Shown piece after piece: positions 54,490 to 64,000 of a stretch of DNA of 64,000 nt (positions are counted from its first letter, which is position 1; every line of letters begins with the position of its first letter). Source of the DNA: Gnetum montanum (taxonomy: Eukaryota; Plantae; Gnetophyta); NCBI GenBank assembly GCA_015680685.1, contig MNCI01003361.1, forward strand, positions 86,942 through 150,941. Reading direction: 5' to 3'. The translations under genes and the position numbers were made by a program. The notes beneath the pieces are model-generated. The model saw only the letters and a list, made by a program, of their open reading frames with translations. It searched no databases and had not been told where the DNA came from.

Positions 54490-57088
54490 ATGGTCCCAAA
54501 GCATGGACAACAAGAAGGTCCTTCTCAAGGTGTGTTTAAGCAACCTAGGAGAGGTAGAGGATAGGTGTCTACTGAACAACGTGTAGAGCAAGAGGTGCAA
54601 TCATTCAGTATCCATCAAGAGACTCCTACTATTGTACAATCAGAACAGGCAGAATGTGGAGCTGCTATAGTGCCTGAACAGGGACAACATCTCATGTTGT
54701 CCCCAGAGTATGTTCAAGCCATCCGTGAAAGGTCCACATTAGCTGCAGTGATCGTGGAATTGAACTTCGAACCCTTCATGGAATTTGCTCTTGAGGTCGT
54801 TAAGGACTAACTCAAAGGATCCCCATTATGGTCTATCCTCTTCGAAAGCGGTGCTTGGTACTTAGGAGAAACGTACCAATTTTGCCACAATAAAGAAGAA
54901 GGCACCACAGTTGACATTAGTGGTGTGTCTATTGAATTTTCAACCAAAGCCATTTTGGAAGTGTTAAACCTTCCGAATACAGGGCCGAAAGTTGCTCACC
55001 TATCCTCTCGCTCCAACGTAGATGCGCGAAAGGTATGGTTGAAGAGGGTGTATGGTAAAGAAAATAAAACATATGGAGAGCTAATGTTGGAAGAAAGGAT
55101 ATGCTTTAAAATTGAAACTTATCACATCTTCCCCGGAAGAGGATTGAACAAAATTTCAACATATGCAGCAAGAGGAAGTGCGATATTAATGGGAAAGGTT
55201 AACGTTAACCTACCTCATCTATATCTCATGGAGATCTTAAGGCGGTTCGAAAAATGCAAGATAGAAAAGTTTACGTTGCCCTTCCCTTGTCTCATTAGGA
55301 AGCTGTGCAAGCATGCTAGTATACTAGGGTACACCAATGATGTCCTTAGAAGAGCCCAAAATGCTTCGTTCGCTAAACTGCTGAAGTCACCAACTCCAAG
55401 AAAAAGTGTTGGTGAGATGCTGAAGCTAGAGCCAAAGTAAGAACAAATGGTGGGGCCCACTACAACTCAAACTCCAAGGCCTAGCCAACTTCCAAGTATG
55501 AGGCCCAATCAACAAGAAGAAGTAGGGCCCAGCACGAGTCAGCGAGACCAACCACCGCCACCACCATAAGATTATCGATCATCGATGAGCTATCTCAAGG
55601 CCATCACTGAGATAGTCAGTTGGGGAAGTTGTGATGATGCTAGTCTCTTCTGCATCATCGACGATATTGTATGACCCACTATCTCTATAAATCATGCATA
55701 GGGTAAGGTGTCGATTCAGATAGGAGGGGAGACTCAATGATCACAACAAGTCTCAGGGAACATTGCATCCTTTCGGGTGCAATTGGAGACTAGTGAAGGG
55801 GCCACAGTGATGGTCATGCAGCACTAGGATGCAGGGGGAGCCGCAGAGATGGTCGTAGACCACATCAAAGAATCCTTCAGCATCCCTGTTGTGCCATCGA
55901 CAGACTTCACAGGAGCACGTGATGCTCAAACATTGGTCGGTCCCCCGATAACTCCTGCGGAGCATTAGGATGTGCTTGATCGATTGCTGCAAATAGGACA
56001 AGTAATAACATCCTTGTTCGACATCCCACAAGATGTCACGACAGCACAATCAAATCTCATTTCTACCAAAGAAAAGTTGGTCATGCTAGAGATCAGGGCC
56101 GAGCATGTAGAAGCGAAGTTAGCAAGACTCCAAGAAGGGCTCATAACCCTACAAGCTGCACGGCGAGACCCCTCTCAATTCGTTCCCGCAAACCAGCTGA
56201 ACACCTTCAGAACCAACCAACTCAATAAACTATTGGTGGATAATAAAAGAGTGGCAGAGGAGAAAGAGAAGGCTGACTGGGATGCCTCCAACGCATAAGC
56301 ACAAACCTACGCGCACACCAAGGCACTCAGAGCCTTACAAGAAGAGAATAAATAGCTCGCTCTGATAATATTCGGTTGACTTCTATGGAGAAACAAAAGA
56401 ATGTTCTTCAAAAAAAAACTTTCAACAATTATGAGAACAATTGATTAGGGTCAACCAAGACATAAATTGTTTGGCCATAGAGAATCGAACCCTCTCAATG
56501 GAGGAGATACAAGCAATCCGTCAAAAGATGACCATCGAAACAAGCGCGTGGCAAAATGAGGCCAAGTAGCATGAGAAGTTAAAGGAGCATTTCCGAGAAC
56601 AAGTGGGAATGTACAAGCAATTCATCGAGAAGGAGATCCATATGGCCAAGGCCCACATCAACACTTTCAGTGCTTAACACACTGATTGGCGGGCCATATT
56701 GGACACATATGCATTTGCCCACCAAGCAGAACTTAAAAGCCGAGACCTGTAGATTCATGATCTCATAGAGTATATGGAATTGACAAATCTGCGGTATGCC
56801 AATCTAGCTATGTTAATAGCAGGACACCCAAGGACAAAGCTCGAGAGGCAGGTAGCTACCACCTATGCTAAATATGAAGCAAAATTTGCAAAGCACAAGA
56901 AAACGTTGTAGAGACTAGAAATTGCAAATTCTGAACTAGAGGTGGTTAAAGCAAGCTACCAAGAACAAAAAGATGTCGCAACGGACTTGGCTCGCAGCTT
57001 ACAGATTTTCAAGAGTACTGGGACAAAGCTAGAGCCTACGAGGAGGAACAACGATTGTTTGTGGCCTGGTACGTCAAAGAAAACATAA
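54490..57088 (+). pseudogene. Athila 'env-like'/plant-transposon accessory ORF with a coiled-coil C-terminus, degenerate
   Basis: Branch point tactaat (54461), acceptor tgattgcag|ATG (54490); VDISGVSIEFSTKAILEVLNLPNTG, VNLPHLYLMEI, LPFPCLIRKLC; heptad-rich C-terminal half; several stops; end approximate. Confidence 0.75.
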
Positions 57089-57481
57089 CGTTTCTGCAAC
57101 TACCATGCCCATGGCAGGTGCCGACTTCATCAAACATCAGAACATCAGCATGGACGGCATAGGATCCTCGAACAGAAGAGGAAAAGCTCTAGGCACTACT
57201 TCAACGTCATCAAATTCCAACACCTATAACACAAGATAAGGGGAAGCAACCCATGGAGGAGCCACCGCCACTTCAAACCACATGAGTCAAATACAATTTA
57301 CAATTTTACAATTGTGCAATTTTGTGTTGTATCCCAATTTTGTTCTATTGAGTTCTCCACTACGCCATGAATAAATTTCCCATCAATCAATAATCCCATA
57401 ACTATCCACTGTGTAATCAATGGGGCTTGTTCTTGTTCTCATTTTGACTTGAGGACAAGTTTTCATTCATTCGTGGGGGTA

Positions 57482-58355
57482 TGATGAATCGTAATTCATC
57501 TGGTTGCGATATCACAAACCTGATATAATGGATCGGACCCCCAATATTGGATCCACGATATCGGGTTTACGATATCGCAGCCCAAGTAATGATATCAGAT
57601 ATGCAATATCGTGACTCCTATGCAGGCCTATAAATACTCATGTAGGCGCACGAGAGGAGTCAAGTTTTTAGATAGAAGTTAGTCAGTCTTAGTTAGTTGT
57701 TAGTTTTCATTTCTAGTTCTTCTCAACCCTTTTCCCCAATGCATGCCCATAGTGTGATGATTGTAATTGTACGACATCCTTTATTTGAATGTGATGTACT
57801 TGGACACACACATGACTGGAAATGAAGATCGAGATTACTTCATCATTGCAGCATTCACTTAGTTTAATTACTTAATTATTATTGTTATTAAACGCAGAAT
57901 GAGTACGACTTAATCATGAGCATCTACATGTGACTACTTGATATCCCAGTAGCGTACTTAGGCCATGCGCTTGGTAATCCCAATGGTAGTCATGCACGAG
58001 GCCTAAGATGTGTACAAATGATTAAGGAATGAATGCTTATCACACTTAGGCTAGCTTAGATTCTCTCTCCCTATCTCCTATTAGCTTAGACCCTCTCTCC
58101 CTTTCCTCTTAGCCTAATTAAAGTTATTTTCCATTGCCTCCAGGAGTACCATTAGTTTACGAACATATCATACACCTCACTCTGGACTAAACCATATGTG
58201 ACAAAGCATACTAGTCCAGGTGGGAAGACAACGAACTGCAATCAACGAGTAACTATCTAGATACCACAACTAACCTATTTGTAGAGTGCAACTAGATTGT
58301 GTGTGAAATGCTCGTATTTGTATGGTTGAGTGTAGGGGTACCTCGCCACTCATCA
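57482..58355 (+). repeat. 3' LTR of element 2 (874 bp)
   Basis: Follows the PPT; ends ccactcatca, then CTAGA. Confidence 0.95.
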
Positions 58356-61300
58356 CTAGACAACATTATGAGAAGTATTGTCCTTAACTTCAAGCCTTAT
58401 ACCAAGATATCACACAAGAATTACAAAATAACCAAAAGGAAAAAGCCTTGCTAATGGTTCTAGAAATCCCTAGCGAAACTGAAAATGAACTAGTAACATC
58501 ATTTTAGCAAGTTAAAACTAATGAACCTACCCTTGCAAATGCATGATTCAAGAAGATTAGTGACATCATGAATAACTCTAGTAACTCAAAGAGAAACACA
58601 CATTCCTACTAGTAGACAAAACCATAATAATACATCTTAATAATAAACAGAATCTAGAACTTCATTATAAATCCATAATCATCCCACCCAAAATCAACTT
58701 GAGGCTATCAGTGAGATGAAAACTTATGATCTTATAGGAGATTTGGAAAGAGTTACGGCTAACATATCCATGTATGAACTATTATAATTCAAAGAAACAA
58801 AAGAAGCTATACATGGATTGATCAATGATTCTAGAGATAAAGATAAGACACATATGAATGAAAAACAAGTTTATTTCATAGATGGGATCAAAATCCTTGA
58901 AACACATATTCTTCACCTATAGGCCAGGAAGAACAAACCTTATTTTCTAACCACTTTAGTCATACTAGGAAAGAACATTCATAATTGTCAAATGGATTTA
59001 GGAGCTATTATAAATGTAATTCCTCTTAAGGTATGTAAAAGTTTAGGAGCCCAAATGATTCCCAAAATAAGATGTGTTATTTAACTTGATGGATCAAACA
59101 TTTATGTAAATCACTTAAAACTATTCAAATTCACCTAAAGTAATATTCTAATTTCTCATGTCACATAGACATCTTAGTAGTTGACATGAAACTTACTTAT
59201 GGCATGTTGTTATCATGTACCTTTGGTGTCCAATTTGGAGGTTTCTTTAGATCCAATTTCTCATAACTTCTTCTTCTAATTAAAGAAGGATCTAAATATG
59301 TAATAATTTCTAGAGAACCTTTCCATTGTCATGTCATCTCCTCTCATGTCATACCAAGAGATCAAGTGTAAAATTTGTGGAAGTTATTGATCTTGATTTT
59401 GGTGAGTACAAGTTAGAAAAAAATTAGATGTAATAAATGATTCCTTACATGACATAAATCACTATTTCCATACCTATGCCACATCCTATTACCAAACTCA
59501 TATGGAGCTTTTTGAACTTCACATCGACACATACCTTTTTACCAATATTACAAAAAGATTTTTCTATTTGATGATCCTCCACTAATTGGTAAAGATAAGG
59601 ATATTACTGAAATTATCATGATCTAATCCTCATATAATAATCTAATTTATGATGACAGTAATACTTATATCAATTAATGAGCTTACTTTTCAAATTCCAA
59701 TAACTTGAACATATGGATACTTAGGATTGATGAAGCCTCATCAAAAAAAGGATGTGGTGCCAAAATTATGTTAATTTCCATTGGGGATGCTCCAAAACTT
59801 AAGTTTATTTACTTCTCAAAGTCCACAACAAATAACATGACTAAATATGAAGTTTTAATCCATGGATTAAAATATGTTATTTACTTTAACCTTTCAAAGT
59901 TAAAACTTTATAGTGATTTACAACTTATTGTGAATCAAATGAACAATGTTTATGAAGATAACGATCCTTTAATAAGATCATACAAAACATATGTGCTACA
60001 CCTATTTAAGAAATTTGATCATATCACATTAGAACATGTCCCTAGGGATGAAACCACATTCCTGATGCTTTTACGCAAATTGTTTATGTTCTTGATCTTC
60101 TATTTTCTTATGGGACTTGGGATTCAAATGGTTGATTGTTACTCCTTCCCTAATTATGTTCTATCTTTATAAGTGTTTGACAATGATCATTAAATTACCT
60201 ATTTTCTTACTAGTCAAGAAGAGTTTTATAATTAGATTCTTGCAGCTTCACACATTTATTCGAATGATTCAATCCTTGTCAATGAAGTTTCACCCAATGC
60301 TATTGCTATGGAGCTTAATTTTAGAAAATTCATAATGAAATCGAAGTACTACAACACAAAGATTAGCAAGTATTAGCGAAAACTAAAATTATTTTAGTCA
60401 AAAAGAAAAATCAAGAATACCTTATTCAAATATGTAAACATTTACATTATGATGAAAAGGATATGTTAATCACATTACTATACAAATTCAATGAGATTTT
60501 ATCCTAGTCCTATAAAGATTTAAAGGTTTATAATCGACTTATCATTACATACATAATACTAGTTAGACTTGAAACTAAACCTTTTAGACAAAAGTTCAGA
60601 CAAGACAACCCTAAAATTGAATCCTTAATGAAAAGGAAGACTAATAAACTTTTGGAATCTACAATTATATACCTAATTAGACAATCTAGTTGGGTTTCAA
60701 ACTTAGTTCCTGTATGTAAGAAATCATGATAGATATGATTATGAGTTAACTTTAGAAATCTTAATGCATCTTGCATTAATGATAACTATTCACTCTTACT
60801 TATAGAGGAGCTACTTCAAGTAATAAATCATGAGCAAATATATTCATTCTTGGATGGGTATACAAGTTATAATCAAATTCTCATAAACAAGAAAAATCAA
60901 CATAAAATAGCTTTTGTTACAAAATAGGATATATTTCAATACGGCAAAATGCCTTTTGGATTGTTGAATGCACAATCAATCTTTCAACATGTCATGAATG
61001 AAACTTTTGAAGAGATGATTAAGAAAAACATAGCCATTTATTTAGATGACTTAACTCACGTAATAAAGGCATCCATATTCAAAATCTTAAAAATATACTT
61101 TTGAGGTGTAGGAAATATGGTGTGACATTAAATGTAAAAGAGTTTGTATTTGTTGTACAAAGTGGAAAATTACTTGGTTAGATAGTGATAAGAAAGGTAT
61201 TTCTATTAACCCTAAATGTATTAAGGCTATCCTAGAAATTACTTTCCCCTTATCCAAAAATGATTTAAGAGATTTCTTTGGGAATATTAACTTTATCAGG

Positions 61301-62096
61301 CGATTCATTCCTATGTTTGTTGAACTAGCAAGATGTCTTAACACAATGCTAATGAAAGATGAGGATATTACATGGATCACTAAACGCAAAAATGCTTTCT
61401 TAGCTATACAAGAAGTTATAGTTGAAGCTCTAATTTTAGTTCCTTCTTAGTATGCAAATCATTTTCTTTCTATATGCCTTTACAAGTGATCATACAGTAG
61501 CTACCATTTTGACTCAAGAGATAGGTAATCAGGAAGAATGCCCAATTGCTTATATGTCCGACACACTTAAAGATGTTGAGTTTAGATACTCTTCCATAGA
61601 AAACCAACTATATTCAATAGTTAAAGCTTTAAAGAAGTTTTGATTTTACCTTTTAAAATCAAAGATTATCATAATCGTTCTAGATCTCGCTATAGTCACT
61701 CTGGGAAGGCTCCAAGATCCTTCAGAATAAATAACCAAATGGATTCTGAAGTTACAAGAATATGACATTTAATGGAAGGTAGCCAAACTAGTAAAAGGAA
61801 TTGGTTTAATAAAATTGATAGCCCAAACATCAATCCTAGAAAAACCAAAAGTTCAATTTGGGCTTCAACCCACACCTATACATGTGTTACAACTTGAAAA
61901 TAACAAACTAGTTCCATTCGCACCAAACCACTTAAATCATTCTTGGTATGGAGATATCAAATATTATCTAATTTTACATAGTTGTCCTTCAAACCTACCT
62001 AAATAGAAGCATAAACTGTTAATCTCCAAAAGCTCTAAATTTTCCATGAGTAATAATAATCTTTATGGAAGGAACCTTAAAAGAGTTTTCCTTAGG
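58356..62096 (+). mobile_element. Tat-lineage Gypsy pol with domain order PR-aRH-RT-RH (TatII-like), degenerate and truncated before INT
   Basis: MDLGAIINVIPLKVCKSLG protease (near 58990); IWILRIDEASS..GCG...TNNMTKYEVLIHGL...YSDLQLIVNQ...HVPR archaeal-type RNase H (59705-60080); FLDGYTSYNQI, MPFGLLNA, YLDD RT; IAYMS.TL..E.RYSSIE RNase H. Confidence 0.88.
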
Positions 62097-62280
62097 TGTT
62101 TATGAAACACCACAAAATTTCAGGTCTCAGCATCTTGATTGCAAATTTATTTAAATGTCAACACGGTGACACTTTGCCCATATTTTTCCAAGTGTTGACT
62201 GTAGCTAGCACCAATCGTCAGATTTGCAAAATTTTTCAAAGTGTTAGAATGATGGCACTTTCTGCAGATTCAGTTGTCAA

Positions 62281-62672
62281 GCTGCGCAGCATAGCACAGC
62301 GTAGCACCATGTCTACTACAACATAGCACGATGTTAGGTTGCGTAACGTAGTACTATGTCTACTGAAGCGTAGCACCATGTCTACTGTAACATAGCACCT
62401 TGTTATGCTATGTAGCGTAGCACCATGTCTGCTGCAGCGTAGCACCCTGTTATGCTGCATAGCGTAGCACCATGTCTATTGCAATGTAGCACCCTATCAC
62501 GTTGCGTAGCGTAACACCATGTCTACTACAACATAGCACCTTGTCACGCTGTGTAGCGTAGCACCCTGTCATGCTTCGTAGCATAGCGCCATGTCCACTG
62601 TAGTGTAGCACCTTGTCACACTGCGTAGCATAGCACCATGTCTACTGTAGCGTAGCACCCTGTCATGCATAG
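62281..62672. repeat. Compound minisatellite of two related units of about 22 and 25 bp (gcgtagcaccatgtctactgca / gcgtagcaccctgtcacgctgcgta)
   Basis: About 15 tagcacc-anchored units; probably within the LTR of the adjacent minus-strand Gypsy element. Confidence 0.85.
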
Positions 62673-62719
62673 CAGCCAATGTCTCGTGTCCTGCACATAA
62701 CACGGGACAAGCCCAACAA

Positions 62720-64000
62720 CCAATGACTCTTATCTAGTCACACTAGTTTTTTCTTCATTTCTTTTTGTAATGCAAACTTGATAATATTCTTGTCAGAGGT
62801 CTAGCTAGCTAAAATAGTGCATGCTAGCTAGCTGATTAAACAAATAAGAAATTAGAGGCAGTCGATACTTTTTCTTTATGGTATGCCTGTTCAACAACTT
62901 ATAGTTGCAGTTGAGATGCAAAGTCTTGTCCTCCTTGGTGATACATAATACAAGGGCTCCATAAGGTGATTTTGAAGGACAAATGTAACCCTTGGAAATC
63001 AGGCTATCTAGTTACTACTTTAGCTCCTTTAACTCTAGCCCTGTTAGCTGATATGGCCTTTGAATAGGAGAGGTTATCCTTTGTAGCAACTCAAATTTAT
63101 CATCTACAACCCTTTGTGGTGGTAGATTTTCTGGTATCTTTGGTGGCAAAATATCTTAATAGTAGTCCAAGACCTACATAATTCGTGAATCAAAATTTGA
63201 ACAAGACTCGCTAGCCTTTGTAGGATCATCCATTTGCATGGTCAAGAGGAATTAGTATGTAGGATTTCTAGTCAGGCATTTCATAATCATTAGAGAGATG
63301 ATTTGAGCACTAAACTTCTCATCCTTTCCCACTTGTGTCAAATGAATTTGAATAAAAAAAAGGAGAGTTCTCATGAGATATGGAGATCAAGATCATATGT
63401 GGAGTTATAAAAACCTTTGCCTTGCATAGGAACTCTTGTCCCAAAATGACCTGAAAGAAATCCATGTCCAAAGTTAAGAAGTCAAGGATCCCATGCCAAG
63501 AGCCCACATGGACTAGAACATTTTTGCTAACACTGATACACTGAAGAGGTTGAAAATTTGCAAGTTTACCATGGATCCACAATTAGTTGTAGGTTCTTAC
63601 CATGGATGGAACCTTGTGATTGTGACTTGTCCCATTGTCAATCAAGTACTAACTTGTCTTCAATCCACTATGACTGGGATAAATTAAGCTTCGTGTAGCT
63701 TATCAAAGTTTGCCTCCTGGAAACCTAAGGCATCTATCTTTTGGATAATCATATTAGATAACTCCATCATAATAGCAAACCTTCATTGTTCCCTGATGTG
63801 TTGCCATCTCCAAGGACATTAGCCGCTTCCTTAAAGCTTGTCCTTGCTTATTCTCAGTCCTTCCTAAGCTAAGAAGATAATTTCTCACTAGATGGTTGTC
63901 ATGTCACAAGAAACATGAAATTGGTTCCTTGAAGGATCCTCTAGAGAATTATCACTTCTTACCGCTAGGTTGTCACTTGTTCTTGGTATCCTTTTGCTTT
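62720..64000 (-). mobile_element. Ty3/Gypsy (chromovirus-like) gag end and protease fragment
   Basis: LIDNGTSHN catalytic motif (near 63640); VHVGSWHGILDFLTLDMDFFQVILGQEFL. Confidence 0.75.

Larger units (their letters stand above)
50748..58355 (+). mobile_element. Non-autonomous Athila-like LTR retrotransposon (element 2: gag plus long accessory ORF, no PR/RT/RH/INT)
   Basis: TGATG...CATCA LTRs 50748-51587 and 57482-58355, perfect TSD CTAGA, decayed PBS tggtactattgtcagggac, PPT cgtgggggta; gag homologous to element 1. Confidence 0.94.

Noticed and set aside
54490-57088. True retroviral envelope glycoprotein
   Set aside because: No evident signal peptide or transmembrane segment; the sequence is hydrophilic and coiled-coil-like, so it is treated as an accessory protein.
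62281-62672. CRISPR-like repeat-spacer array
   Set aside because: The intervening sequences are themselves repeats, the context is eukaryotic TE DNA, and there are no cas genes; the same applies to the CGATATCG arrays.

Overview
Plant nuclear DNA, most likely gymnosperm (inferred from a Tat-type retroelement with archaeal-type RNase H between protease and RT, and from the gene and intron architecture). The window is almost entirely nested, decayed transposons around one host gene: a divergent MIKC-type MADS-box gene on the minus strand (exon 1 24945-25126, exon 2 23551-23650; no K-box exons found). Left of it lie a chromovirus Gypsy pol fragment, three L1-type LINEs (one complete with a 17-bp TSD), an RTE fragment and a Copia element carrying a Tourist MITE. 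Right of it lie a foldback, a DUF6570/HUH-Rep Helitron-like element split by a non-autonomous Athila-like LTR element (27563-34681), a tRNA-derived SINE, Gypsy remnants and a Tat element split by a second, related Athila-like element (50748-58355). Three observations stand out. (1) The TSD-bounded LINE carries a third ORF downstream of ORF2 that resembles the accessory ('env-like') ORF of the Athila element. (2) Both Athila-like elements carry arrays of a palindromic CGATATCG motif in front of the LTR TATA box, and in element 2 the array recurs internally in front of a spliced accessory ORF. (3) In both elements the 5' LTR lacks exactly 35 bp (two motif units) relative to the 3' LTR at nearly the same offset. 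All alignments and translations were done by eye; no database searches were run.
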